The notes below the pieces were generated by a model. The model ran no database searches. It saw nothing but the letters and a program-made list of their open reading frames with translations, and was not told the DNA's origin. A stretch of DNA of 64,000 bases from Phoronis australis (taxonomy: Eukaryota > Animalia > Phoronida): the NCBI GenBank assembly GCA_002633005.1, contig NMRA01000125.1, forward strand, positions 504,638 through 568,637, in the 5' to 3' direction. Below are positions 35,314 to 48,747 of this stretch, piece by piece. Both the position numbers and the translations under genes were made by a program. Numbering within the stretch: the stretch's first letter is position 1; the number at the start of each line of letters is the position of its first letter.

Positions 35314-37773
35314 GACAGTTTTGCCAGTGTGATCTGATTTGACGGGTTTGGCTTTCGCTGGTTTTGATATGGGTAATGTGAAGCACTTCAACGTATTTTA
35401 AGAATCAAATTAATCGTTCTAAGTAGATTTTGAAAGGTACGTTGCAACTTCAGATCCGCACGGAGCAGTAGTTCTTTGTGTTAGGTTGTTGTGAACACGT
35501 AGAGTCCCCGACTTTACAGAAAAAAATGACTTAGCCCGCTCCTCTTAACTAAAAGGACAGCTGCTTTTCAAACGTCATTAGTTATTCTTGAAATTTTTAG
35601 CGACAAACATTCATAAAACAAGAAAAGTGACCGTCACCGAGTCTACTGTCCAGTTTGACGAAGGTCCTGTTCTCACCTAGCGTCCAATGCAGAACATCAC
35701 TTTCCATGACGTCTACCTTATGCTAAGATACCCAAGTATCATCGTTTGTGGAATTCATAGTTCGATTCACGTGATTGCGTTTCCTCTACTGCGAATGTTA
35801 TGTAAAAGCGTAATACACAGTACAACAGCTGAGATGATGCAATGATTTGTCAGCGTCACTATGTCGTCATGACCATTGGGAATTTTTACGGTTCTTCGTT
35901 TGAATAGTTTGAATGACGAACACTTTGAGATGTGGTTATCTTACACAATTCGCGTGCATAGATTTTGATTATTGCCGATGCGAGAATTTCCGATATTTCC
36001 TCATAAGTGACGTAAAACAGGAACCTTAAAAAGCTCAATGTACATGTATTGAAATTCACTACTTGCACAGTTTGGAGGTGCTGAAAAAAATTATTGTTGT
36101 GCATTGTTGTTTAGGACACATTGCCTTGTTTTAGCATTCATTTTAACAACACAAACGTGAACGAGCGCGTGTTCGAAACATGCAGGTCCATTGTAGTTTG
36201 GACACAACATCTCGTTTTCACGTATAATGGCGAATTCGTGCAAATAGTAAATTACGACGTTTCGTTGGATCTAAATCCAACGTTTCTACTTCATGTTAAA
36301 GACACCCTCTCTAGTGATTCGCATAGTATAAGTAAAAACATTCTGGAAAAGCTCGCCGTTATTTTTTCGCGATTATTCTAGCTCCTACTCAGGGTGTACT
36401 ATCAAAATTGGAATCCCCATGTAAAACAGATATCCTGCAGTCGAAAACGAACCCCAGCACCTTCAAAACATCTAAGCAGCCCGAAAAACACGAACTCTGT
36501 CCTTTAAAACACGAACCCAGGGCGGATCGGACAGGAAACCCGGACATTTTTTCAAATTTTCTGTGATGATGTTGGAAGCCTCAAACTTAGAGTTAAAGCA
36601 TCTTCAAGTAGTTTCCATTTTTCTGCATTTGTTTGTTAAAAATTGTCAAATTTTATCGGTAAAACACTTGTCTTTGGGCGAATTTCAACATAATCTATAC
36701 TCTCAACACATTGTTACCTCGGTGAATATTTAGTTATTTTCAGATTATTCCATAGTTTTTGCAAAAAATATTTTCAAACATGAAAAACAAAAATATTATT
36801 TCTACTTTCGAGTGCCATTGTTGATTAATTCCTTTGAATATCTTTACCATTGGCCACATTTAGGGTTCGTACGAGTTTTGTGTCGAAAATGATCTGCTCA
36901 ACCGTACATGTATACACTAAATGTCGTCACGTGGTGTTGGGGAAAAGCACTGCATGTTGCTGGCTATGGGAGCCCCCAAGGTACGTCATTAGTGTAAAGG
37001 TCACCAATTTACAGATATTTTGCTTTCACATTTACAAGTTGTCAATGAATACAACTGCACTTTGCTTAGCGTACATGATATTTAAGTTCAAATAGCATTG
37101 CCATTTACATGTAGTTCCTGCTATACATTAGCATAGTTAGAAGTATGCAAATACATCTTTAAGTTGTGAAGACGATCTTTCCCAGAACAGTTAGTGACCA
37201 TGAAACTCAAAACATTCTCAACACAAATTCGACGTTAGGGAACGCTGACTTAATTCAACCTCTGCACTGAGTCTTTGAAATCGTTTTGACCAGCGCTATA
37301 ATGGGTATCCTACTTCATGTCACCATTAAGGTTGTCATCGTCGGCTGGATATTTGATATTTCAATTGGGAGCTGTATTTTGCCAATCGGAAAAGCAGCTT
37401 TTGGCAAATGAATTTTTGGATATTGAAAAAAGCTTGCAAACAAACCAATAGACACAGCAAGCTGTTGAGGAATTAACTTACCAGTCTTGGTCATACATGT
37501 ACACCGTTAACTTTGAAAGAACCCGTTTGAGCAACATTGGTACTGTTTTTGATTGATTGCGTTGATTTTTCAAATGGACTATCCCGATGGTGGCAATCTG
37601 AAGGTTCTCTGTGGATCCAGTAGGTCGTTTCGTCTTCTGGTAACGAACCCTAATGCATGACATCATTTGTAAATGTCTCAGTATTTAACGTGTTTGTGAA
37701 TGAAAAATTTTCAACAGTTTTTTTACTTGCCTTTAGAATTTTGCTCACATAATGTGGAGCACTCGGGTAACTC

Positions 37774-38075
37774 CAGTGGCGGACTTAAGGAGGGGGGGGG
37801 CAGGGGTCCTTACCCCCCTAAAATTCTATCAGATACCATTTGGGAGTTCGGTTGCGAAATGTTGACTAGCACACGCGAGCAACCAGGGAGACAATAAACA
37901 ATGCATACGCCCTGAACAAACCCCGTTTACCCTTTTTATGTCAAAAGATCCGTAAACATAGAAATTCGAGACCTCTGCGTCCGTGCATTTTAGGCTGGGG
38001 ATGCGCGCATCTGCCGAAATTCTGCTTATTCCTGTGCCCTGCCCCCCCTAACTCAAAATCCTGGATCCGTCCCTG
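37774..38075. mobile_element. hAT-like MITE with 5-bp target-site duplication
   Basis: Termini CAGTGGCGGA / TCCGTCCCTG with subterminal G and C runs; AACTC duplicated at 37769-37773 and 38076-38080. Confidence 0.8.
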
Positions 38076-38688
38076 AACTCAATGACAGAATATACATGTA
38101 CATGTAATGGCTCATTAGAAAAATGTTGAGACTTGTTTTTAAGAAACTGGTTTGTTCCCCGGAGCTACACTGTAGTGAAATAACACTATATATTTAGTTT
38201 TGGCTTTTTCCAAGTCCTCTTCAAACTATTGCCTTTGTTTTCTTTTCTGTCGACCGCTGTTGTGTGTTCCATTTTTTCCTAAATGCAGAGGGAAGTATAT
38301 CTAAACATCCAACATAATTGTTGAGACAACAATTTCGTAAGATGGCAATTCAACCCTCCGCCGAATCTTGTGTTACATTTTAAATTCACCCGATGAGAAG
38401 TCCGATCATTCTCAGCCAAGTTCTACGATAGACCACCGGTGTAATGTCAGAAAGGTGGGCCAGTGACTTGGTCTTATTTGTCGTCGTGTTCAAGGTGTCT
38501 TTGGTGAACCAAAGAAAGTCTCCAGCTAAATTAGTTGTGACGTACTTCTTGTTTTCCACTGTTTATTATTATTCCATATGTTTTAATGAATATTCTCGCA
38601 TTTGAACACATACACCCATATGTTTTTGATTGTCTAAATTATATCAAACCTTTAGGGTTTGTGTACACGTAAGTACAGATATCCGTCC

Positions 38689-39449
38689 CAGTGGCGGATC
38701 TAGGATATCACAAGGGGGGGGCAACCTGTTGTCTGAAAACATTTGTGTAAAGCACGATTAGATGCTCATGGCACCGAATGGGGGGAGGTAGGGAGGGGGG
38801 TTNNNNNNNNNNNNNNNNNNNNNNNNNNNNNNNNNNNNNNNNNNNNNNNNNNNNNNNNNNNNNNNNNNNNNNNNNNNNNNNNNNNNNNNNNNNNNNNNNN
38901 NNNNNNNNNNNNNNNNNNNNNNNNNNNNNNNNNNNNNNNNNNNNNNNNNNNNNNNNNNNNNNNNNNNNNNNNNNNNNNNNNNNNNNNNNNNNNNNNNNNN
39001 NNNNNNNNNNNNNNNNNNNNNNNNNNNNNNNNNNNNNNNNNNNNNNNNNNNNNNNNNNNNNNNNNNNNNNNNNNNNNNNNNNNNNNNNNNNNNNNNNNNN
39101 NNNNNNNNNNNNNNNNNNNNNNNNNNNNNNNNNNNNNNNNNNNNNNNNNNNNNNNNNNNNNNNNNNNNNNNNNNNNNNNNNNNNNNNNNNNNNNNNNNNN
39201 NNNNNNNNNNNNNNNNNNNNNNNNNNNNNNNNNNNNNNNNNNNNNNNNNNNNNNNNNNNNNNNNNNNNNNNNNNNNNNNNNNNNNNNNNNNNNNNNNNNN
39301 NNNNNNNNNNNNNNNNNNNNNNNNNNNNNNNNNNNNNNNNNNNNNNNNNNNNNNNNNNNNNNNNNNNCTACGCTCTTGCTGTTTTATTTTTTTCCGGCAG
39401 CCAAGGGGGGGGGGGGCGGGCCCCCTGGCCCCCCCTAAATCCGCCTATT
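38689..39449. mobile_element. hAT-like MITE with 5-bp target-site duplication, containing a gap (38803-39367)
   Basis: Termini CAGTGGCGGATCTAGG / CCTAAATCCGCCTATT; CGTCC duplicated at 38684-38688 and 39450-39454. Confidence 0.75.
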
Positions 39450-41284
39450 CGTCCTTTGGAGTGCTAACATAAAGCATTTCAAAAATATGGCCGACATGGC
39501 ATTATCATGTCATGTATCGTAGAAGCGACCTCAAGGGAGTTCTGTACGGGAGCCAGCTGGTAGCACGGCTGGAGTCCCTAAAGGATTGTTAGGAGTTCCC
39601 TTCTTCTCCCAACATATGCTTAAGTACAGTATTTGTGAAAAATAAAGTCATAAATTAAATATATGTAACTCCCTACCGAACTACGAATATACAGGGTATT
39701 CAAACTAGAGGAGCGCTAGCCCTGGCTTAGTTACAAAACGATCATCCTAACGCATTTTTTTCTATTTAGCAGCCAAAAACAAAAAATAAATTAAGCCAAT
39801 GAGACACTTAAGCTCACAAAATTTACCCCATAATATTCCTTTCCATGACAAGGCTTGATGTCCATGCATTACCGAACAGAGCACAGAAAATCTAAGCGAC
39901 TGAAGATAACGCTTTATAACTACAAAACTGGAAATTCAAAAATGGCGCATACATGAATTGCATCGTGACTTGAGTTGCCAGCACAATCGGCAACAATGCA
40001 AGATCAGATAAGAGTGGTAGAGTTTCAAATCGGCCCAAAACACTTTGGTTAAGAATTCAATGATTGGCAGCCGAACATCAGGGAACCCTTGTTTAATTTT
40101 CAAATATCCAAACAAAAGCTTGATTAGCAGATACAGTGTGTACGATATTCAAACTTTCACAAATCTCCTTCAAGCAACGACCGTTTGATTACATGTGTAA
40201 ATCTGCTCTAAAACGAAATACGCCTGGTCGCTAGATGGCAGTACCGTGTACATGTAGCTTAATGGATAATCCGCCGACACTGGGAACAAGACACAACCAG
40301 TTCCATAACAATAAACAACCTAAATCATGTTTCCACCAACTGTACACTCTTTAACGAATGTTTAATATTGTTCATAATTTCACAAAACCAACAATGTTCA
40401 TATCACCCAAACCCGGCTGTATCTCTTTATCGTAGTTGTAACTGTCATCTAATCGTTTCCGTTAACACCGACTGAGTTATTTAACTGTTTTTTTTTAGTT
40501 TCTAGTCGTCAATGCTATCGCTTTCCGATTCACCCAACTTTGGTGGCACTCAATAGTTTTTTGAGCCACGGTTGAATTTGCCTGCTCCAATTTCGTTAAG
40601 ATTGGCTCCGATTGAGTTGGCATTTGACTTTGGAATCAGTTGCAAGGTTTTTGATATCTTTAATTCATATTGTTGTTATTTTTAGATTTTGTACATCCAG
40701 TGAAACAGGCTGTTGGAGCAGCCAGCACCCGGTGTTCAAGCCCCAAATCAACAAATACTTTCGAGTGTTACCTTAGTGCCGCGGTGCGCCATTGTTTCCA
40801 AAACGTCTCGACAGCAACGCCACATGCAGAGTCATGACTTTTCGTGTTACCAATGGTTATAACCCCTCGGTATCAGAGGGTCATAACCGCGCTAAGTTAC
40901 TGCACTACCTTTAAAACCTTAAAAGTGATCATACTCTAGTTTCAAATCGGTTTTAATATTTATAACCACTTAAGTGTGAACAGTGCATGAGACATTAGAT
41001 TGTTTGTTATCTTTCCGGATTGTAAGAAAAGTGTATCCATTGTATGAAAGAATTGCATTGCTATCTATTAATCTAGCTCGCTTTATTAATATCACTATGA
41101 ATGCTTACACAGTTTGTCAGCATGAAAACAAATGTTCAGTTGATTCACTCGAAAGGCGCATGAACTATGGAACAATTTTGTGTAGCGATTTAGTTTACCT
41201 ATCAGAATGTTTTGGTTATGGTTGTGTGATGCGATCATTGTGTACTTGTTAGTTCTGTACTAAATGGGCAGGCATCTACGAATC

Positions 41285-41815
41285 TTAAACGTCAGAGGTG
41301 TTGTACTGTTCGCTTTGCTTTGTGACTGCACTGTTCGCAGACTCTACTTCTATTGAGGTGTGGCCGTCGCTGATTTTATCCGAGTCGACAGGATAGGTAG
41401 TGGCACTAGTAGCGGCCGGAAGCTGATCTGCTTTGTCTGACATACGGCACTGTGAGTTGTTTTCCGTTCTATTAGCTTCTTCGACGCCCTCAGTGGCGTT
41501 TTGCTGCTCTTCGTTCTCGGCCAACGTCTCGTCCTTCCCATCCGCTGCAGATGGTTGAGCGGCGGTATCCGCTGCTGCCTCGGGAACATCGACTTGTATG
41601 GTCTTGGAGGGGACTTTGGTGGGTACTTCATTTGCGGTCTTTCCCTTGCTTTTACCACAGGGAAAACAACAAACCAGTGCGAAAAATAACACGACGGGTA
41701 CCACAAGAGAGCATGCGCCAGTCAGTAGTATGAAGCCTGTAATAAGCCCAAGTACATAGGTGTGAGCAATGGCGGGTTGATATGTGGATGTGTTTTTGTT
41801 ACGAAAACAAGCCAT
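41285..41815 (-). CDS. Orphan 176-aa membrane protein: N-terminal hydrophobic segment, CCFPC cluster, basic patch, acidic disordered tail
   Basis: Single ORF with strong Kozak context (gccATGg); YVLGLITGFILLTGACSLVVPVVLFFALVCCFPCGKSKGK followed by an E/A/T/S-rich tail; GC-rich relative to its flanks. Confidence 0.7.
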   Translation of the reverse strand: MACFRNKNTSTYQPAIAHTYVLGLITGFILLTGACSLVVPVVLFFALVCCFPCGKSKGKTANEVPTKVPSKTIQVDVPEAAADTAAQPSAADGKDETLAENEEQQNATEGVEEANRTENNSQCRMSDKADQLPAATSATTYPVDSDKISDGHTSIEVESANSAVTKQSEQYNTSDV

Positions 41816-42809
41816 GGCACCTTTTTATTTCAAATGTCGTTTACACTTTTGTAGACTTTTCATTTCACTAACGTAGAGCAGAAATTTGACAAGGCAAAAT
41901 TGTACGTGATTGACGGAGAAAAAGTTGAAAATAACTCGACTTGATTTTTTAAACAATCACATTTTATACCTCATTCGATATTCGCTCAAAAGCGTATCTT
42001 GAATAGGGTATGCAATGCGTCTGTCTTCTTGGTCTCGTGAAAAAAAACTGCTTACAACATGTCTGTTGTGAAATTCATATCTCGTTGGAACTGGTAGAGT
42101 TGGTGTTTGTGAGTCAGAACCACCTTCTGTAGAGCAAGTGTCACAGAAACCACGGCTTGGTGGTTTTAGCTATGTAGGACTACTCGAAACTCGACTCTAA
42201 CATTGACCAATTGCACGGCGTGCTTCGAGTGCGCCTTCCAAGTCCCGAATCTGAGTATGAATCGAACGTTGGTTTGGAGATTGGGCCCTGATTTTCCGGC
42301 AAATATTTCTTGAGTTGCATTCAATTAAATCTGACCTTAACAATACCATACCATACCTATGCCTCCTGTCTCTATCATTTTTATGATCGTTCCAGCAATC
42401 CCAGTTACCAGAATCGAGTGTGTTTCCTGTGGACCTTTTTGGGTTCAGCTGACGTCACATCGTTTGTTTCATACTATGTTTTTACGTCACATGCACGTTA
42501 AGGATTCGCCATTATGACGATTGAGTTACAGACTGCATGAAAATAAAATTCTAGATTTACTTACAATTTGAAAACGACTACTTGACATGCAGAGAATCTA
42601 AAATTTTCTTCAACAGAGAAAAAATAATATCATACCACTAATGAAGAGCAAATGAAGAAATGCAGTTCAGATGATTCACACAACCGCTTGCTGAAAACTC
42701 ATAGCATGATACAATTAGCCACTGAGCTCTGCTGAATAACACCCACCACGAGCTTTTGCAGGTCTAATTGCAGGGGGAGCTAAGGGGGGAGGGGAGAGCG
42801 TAAGGAGCC

Positions 42810-45110
42810 CAGTTGAAGGAACTGAATGTCAAACTGGCGTAATATCTGCTGGTTCAAGCAGTGTAAAAATGACCAGTTGTCGATTTGGGCAACTGAACGA
42901 AGGACTACTAGAAAAAAAGTTTGATTACGGGAGTATTTGGAAGGAATTACAGACATCGACGGTGTCCTAATAAGGTGTCTCTTTACAACAACTTGACTTT
43001 GATGGTTTAATCAGTGTGAGGTATAATTACCAAAAAGCTTAAGGCGTATGAAGGACCTATGGGATGGCCACCGTCTCTAATGCCAGTTGAGACGTTGATA
43101 CTGTCTAACATGACTGCTGCGAAGCACGTTTAAAGGAACGATAAGCTTGAAACCTCGTCTACATAGAGCCAAGCTTGAGTGAAACAATGCATTTATTGGG
43201 CGACCGACACTCGATAAGCGGTAAAGTATCCATGATTAGAAGCGGGCTGTCTGTTGGCTTAAAGGAGAATGCCTCCCAAAAACAACCTATTTTGTATCAA
43301 TTTAGATCGAGTAGTTCCACTCGATAACGGCACGTTCCGTTGCGTTACCTGACACCAGACGGCAAACGGAGGTGTTGAAATTATCCAATGGCGTCATTGG
43401 TTTCACACGCAGTCTGTTTAGCAGTTCACAATACGGAGTTACTGGTGTCAGCTTATCGCTTGACTTCATCGTTTAATACCAATAAATCATCAAACACTTC
43501 GATGTAAAACCCTTAAAAATACACCGAGTTCTTACAAAAACGTGTTGTCTTATTTCGCTGTTACGGATTTATTGATATTTGGACACACCGTATCCTATGA
43601 GGCCAATTTACTAAGGTCCGCAGCAGGAGTCTGTGTTGTTTAGCCTTGTGATTTTTTGAGTTCTAAACACACAAAACGATTGTTATCCCTGCCAGTGGCT
43701 CGGAACCCGATCAGGCCCGTCGCCGCCGCCAGGACAGACACGGTTATAAACCAGGTTAAGTTGGAAACTAAACCTCCAGTCACGAAAAGGACTATAATAG
43801 TGAGCCAAAGAAGTAATGTGCAAGTAATTATTTATGTGAATTAGCCACGAAACTGAAAATCTACTTACTTGTCGAGGGCCGCGAAGTCGGGTTCCTCTTC
43901 CACAGACCGTCAGGGAAAAGGTTGTACAGTAACCGTGACAACGATTGGAATAATGTATTTGTATTTGTAAATAAAGACTGCCCTAACATGTGACCATAGC
44001 ATATAAATTCGAGTAATTGTTTCACAACAGCTTTCTGTCAGCAAACACTGAATTAGCATGCGCTCACACGGCCTCGGTGCCCTGTCAATTACCTTTATTA
44101 CCGGCATCAAAAGCCGGTATGCAGCGGTTTATTCATTGCTGGCTTCTCAATATTTGCAGTCACGAGTACTGCAAAGGCATTACAAATTGTATCTAATGAG
44201 GCAGACTTTGTTTCAGTTTTATTTAAGCATTGGTTAGGATGAGAATAATTCATTTTGAAACAGAACGCAGAACAATAAACGTCTACACGGCAACTCGCCC
44301 GGCACCAATCCCGACTTAGTTATGAGCTCATCTGACGAAGACTTCACGAGTCGGATCGTTAAGTGTCACAGGCTGTCAGTTCGAACCGGAATACACTGAT
44401 CAAGAAATATTAGAGAGGCGCCGTCAACATGCACAGGCAACGCAACGTATGGATAGTTCTTTGGTAAGCCGGAATTCGTCAGAGAAATCACTGCCGACGA
44501 AATGCCGGCCACATACACGGAGATGTTTCTCGGCCTCATACTTGCTATTAACAGAGTACCTTTCATTCTTCACTAACGCGAGCCACTTCCTAAGCATTTC
44601 GGGCTCTTGAGGAAGTCGAAAAAACGATATACCCTCTTTCTTCGCAGCTTCACTAGTTCTGACAAGCGGAAACGATGCACCGCGATATAGCGGCAACCAC
44701 TCTGCAGACGAACCACTGACGACGCTGCGTCGTTTCTCACTTTCCTCACAGGTTAACACGACACCTTTCGGCAAGGTGAGGTAGATCGTATAAGAAGCGA
44801 TGTGGATATAGACCGAATAAGATAGTAACAAAGACTAATTAAATCTTGTGGCAATCTCCTTTAACAAGCGCCGAGCCACGTAAGGCGGCACTATCAGCTG
44901 TGGAAGTAGAATACATCGCACCGACGTCGGCAGTCCAGGAAGTTGTCTGGACGCGTCGTTTACTTCAAAGTCTTGGAGACGAAAACACCGGAGACAATTG
45001 TTACAGAACCCTGTCATGCATTCTATGACAAACATATTGATATCCGATACTAAATATTCAAAAGGCTGTGGCTGAAGGAACCGTCATGCCACGATATTGT
45101 CCATCAAACC
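42810..45110 (+). mobile_element. Degenerate Ty1/copia pol remnant (RT end and RNase H), split by a Kolobok insertion
   Basis: Frameshifted motifs FKQCKND (about 42855), MTAAKH..KGT (43110), AVCWL joined to NKR across the insertion, AALSAVEVEYIAPTSAVQEVVWTRRLLQSLG (44884-44977), NPVMH, KHIDIRY and AVAEGTV..YCP, which are typical copia RNase H motifs. Confidence 0.8.
43263..44860 (-). mobile_element. Second-family non-autonomous Kolobok element with a THAP remnant
   Basis: TTAA at 43259-43262 and 44861-44864; 11-bp TIR AGGAGAATGCC / GGCAATCTCCT with one mismatch. The minus strand at about 44700-44430 encodes RCIVSAC (frameshift) GISFFRLP..KWLALVKN..RVCGRHF..SDF, a THAP domain. Confidence 0.8.
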
Positions 45111-46277
45111 GTGTATGAGTAAATTTAATCATCATTTATTTGCAACTCACCATACCACAAGCTGAAATCGTCAATTTACAACGTATGAAGGAAATGGCAT
45201 GTTTATGACAATTAATAACCAAACCTGTGCGCGAGTACCACTTACTAAGAGTCGTTACAAAACATTTTGAGAACAAAAATGAATTTAACGAGCTCGAACG
45301 AGCCCCCCATTAAGCGAAGTGGGCAAAAAGGTCCACCCCAGAGAAACAAAAAGTCCGAGAAAACGAGACAAAAGTTCACTAAAAAACACGCAAACGCACG
45401 GTTCACGGACCTGAAGGGTGGTAACCGTTTTTTTTTTAGGCCCCCAACTTTTTTGTCAGCAAAAGGTCCACATCGACAGAAATTCGAGCCCCCCATTTTC
45501 AAGGCTGGGTGAGCGCATGACAATACAATTATGCTTCAATTTTTGTATCTGACCAAGGTTATGCAAAACAAAAACTACATGCGATTATAATCCTAGAGCA
45601 TACAGATTAGAAATTAGTCTAGTATGGTAAAACATCGGCAACAGAGACTTTCAGGGGTGAAGGATTTTGAGAACCAATTTAATGTCTGTAATACAGTTGA
45701 ACAAACTTTAGGTTTTCTGAAGCGGGACTTCTGTATACTATTACTGGTAGTTACTATTACTCGGAACAATCTGATCAAATGGCATCGTTTTCGAGATCTC
45801 CACCAGACTAGCCAACAGAGTCTGTCAGTGATCTGAACACAAGCAGCTGTCGTTCCGGATGCCAAGCATGTCTAGTAGGGTATGATAGGACCGTTGCCCA
45901 TTATACTTAACAATGTTAAACAACTTAAACGCGCCGTTTCGCGAAACAATTTGCGATGGAAGTCGAGGTTTTTGATAGTTATCATCTGAAGTGGCGTAGC
46001 GTTTCGCGGGGCGCCGACAACGATAGGCAAATAGTTGAACTTCGTATCGAATGAGCATGGCTATAAGCGTGAGATTTTGAAAAAAATAGCATTTTCTACC
46101 AATAATACATACGATTAGTGTCGAAGGCAAACCTATCACGGTAAGAACTTTACCGGAAAAATCTAAATCCAGCATTTGCTTTCTTAAAGACGGTGGGTAA
46201 TGTGGAATCCATGAGATTTGCAGGCATAATATAATCCGTGAGGTGAGACTTGCACGTATTTCAACTGTGACCTTTGT

Positions 46278-48747
46278 TCACGGTGTGTGCAGCTGGACGG
46301 GCACAGTAGCTGACACGTGGGCCAATCCACCTCCACTTGGCACATATTGCGACGCAACCCAGTTCGGCTTGTTTGGTCCTTTGTAGCCAATCACAGCTAG
46401 AGCAGCTGAAATGGAATGCTTTTTCCGTACTGTTTCGGTTGTAAACTCCACAAAATAATCTACTAGAAAGTATTCTCAAATAAAGGTCTTCGATTCATCG
46501 ATTTCTGAAAGTACCCATTTATTTAATCGGTAGTGAAATAAAGTGGGTCCGTCGGTTACGGTATACATGTATTGCGTTCGTGAGACTAAAAGACGATAAG
46601 CTGAACAGACAAACGATGGTGCCATTTCATGAGATTTTTCTTGGTAAAATTACTTCACTGTGAAAGACAAACGTACAACTACATATTAGATTACCTCTAA
46701 ATCCAATATTAAACGTGCGACCAGTCAAGTCCTTGAGAACTTCTAAAGTTTTGAGGGCGTTGCTTGATGGTTCGTCATACGTTCCTATCACTACAATGGA
46801 CCTGCGAAAATATGGAGATGAAACTGGGGCGCCAATACTGAAGGTAAAATATGAGTTAGATTATTACCCTCTATGTTTGAAAAGAAATTGATGCGCTCAG
46901 TTGTGAAGATTAGAAAAAATGACCTGTTTTGTCGTGTGAGTACAGCAAGTTTTAGAATAGATCATAAACATGACGCATACAACTGCTTGCACGAACTGGC
47001 TGCAGAGTATACAAAATGTAGTTGAAAACCACCGATACACCTCGGCCAATTTCAAAACTTCAAATTTCCCTCTGAGATAAACGTTATCCAGGGCATGTGG
47101 GACTTCAATCATAGTACAAGTCATGCGACTTTCATCTGGAGAATGATTGACTGTAAACTTAAATTTCGCACATGCGCAGTTACCGTTCACCTCCGAGGGT
47201 AAATTTGAGACAACGAAAATGCCGGAGGTGTTCAGTGATTGAAGTCATGAAAACCTTGAAACGTTTAAGTCTACAGTAGTATACAACAGTTCTCTAAATT
47301 TAAGCACTACAGTTAATTTAGGTTTCGGACAAAATGTGGCAAAAATGTAATTTTATAAGGGTAGCGTTCCTGAGCTAAAAACGTTCAATGGAAGATGTGC
47401 CCAAACACTCTCGAATGCAGTCTTGGACTGCCTTGGAATCCTTGAGCGCTAGTAGCGGTTATAAACCCGCCTTCCGATCATCCTCAGTTTTGATTTGTTG
47501 CTGAATTGTTCTCAATTTTTTCATTACCCAAACGAGAAATGATTTCCAGTATTGGACATTCATGCTCATGGCTTAGAATAACACCCAGTGACAAAACAAA
47601 TTAGTTAACTGTCAATCACTCCCAAGTCCAGAGGTAAACTTCTATGATTCATGAGGTTTACTTTTTTCCGTAAGCCATAAGTAAATCCCAACGTACGTCA
47701 GTGAAAATTTGCCGGCATTATGATAACAAAAATTTTAAGACCAGGTTGAAATCTCCCGTTAGCATTACGTGGGATCTGTTGGTGGCGCTGAACGCTTGCC
47801 CACCAAAGACGTAACCGCCGTCTGGCGTAGTGAAATTCAATTTGGCACGGGTAATACTTTAACACACTACAGTGATGTTTCGTCAGTGCTTTTCATGGAG
47901 GACCAACGAATATACCGTAATTTCGAGCCAGTGCCCAGGCAGTACTGCTCTGCAAGAGATATTCTGTCGGTTAAACTACTCAAAAAGGGGGACAAGAACA
48001 AGTTGAAGGAATTTTTAACATAATGGTTAGTGGCCTTGTTGCGCTTGAACTTTGATATCCTCTTGATCTCAATATCGCGTATGCGCGAACTTCGAATACC
48101 AGAGGAAATCCAAATTCAATATTCAGAAGAAGTTGTTTACGTACCCATCCGGTATGGTTTGATACCACTGATGCAAGGCTTGGTCATCGGATGGTCTGCC
48201 ATAAAGATCAAACTGTCGGAAATCGGTCTCTTCACCTGTTCCATTCAACACCATGACACTGTACGACCTGTAGGCCACACTGTGAGCCACGGAGTTGCCA
48301 ACCTTGACAACAATGAGACATTAAACCATCAGATAATTAGAGCCATCAAAGAATTTCAGCGAATGAAACGTTACTAAAGGTTACATAGGACCTTAAAAAT
48401 GTTCAAATTTGGCAAACTTTGCAACTTCATTCCTCAGAAATGACCAGCTGGATTCATACAAAACATCCAGATACTTTGCTTTATGCCCTGTTGCTCAACA
48501 TCTTTTAGGAATTGTTCTAAAAATTTTCCGCTTTTGCATGAGTCGCTGTCAAAAATAAGAGTTTCATGATCCACATGGGAAACTCAAAAGCTGTATAAAA
48601 CGCATAATAAACGCAAACATGCAAAAGAAGAGAATCAGTTTGCAAAAATTCATATCACCTTGATTACTGGGAGGTAATTATAAACAGCCGATCCACTATT
48701 TATGAAGTCAGTTTTGCCAACTCCTTCTACGGAAATCTCTATTAATC
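46278..48747 (-). CDS. ILEI/PANDER (FAM3, GG-type lectin fold) domain, last four exons of a gene
   Basis: Phase-consistent exons 48747-48659, 48302-48145, 46801-46695 and 46405-46278 (TGA) give LIEISVEGVGKTD..PVIK VGN..RSYSVMVLNGTGEETDFRQFDLY..LHQWYQTIPDG SIVVIGTYDEP..LKDLTGRTFNIGFR AALAVIGYKGPNKPNWV, the characteristic ILEI motif series. Confidence 0.85.
48378..48600. mobile_element. Terminal fragment of family X DNA transposon in an ILEI intron
   Basis: aggttacataggacc..aaaatgttcaaatttggcaaacttt is the reverse complement of about 780-830. Confidence 0.5.

Noticed and set aside
38743-39467. Long ORFs spanning N runs (also 31147-31647 and 53496-54518)
   Set aside because: They are open only because Ns contain no stop codons.
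47765-47955. F5/8-like exon inside an ILEI intron (EQYCLG...RAKLNF)
   Set aside because: Contains stops and a frameshift, does not fit the exon phases, and the similarity is too weak to support by eye.
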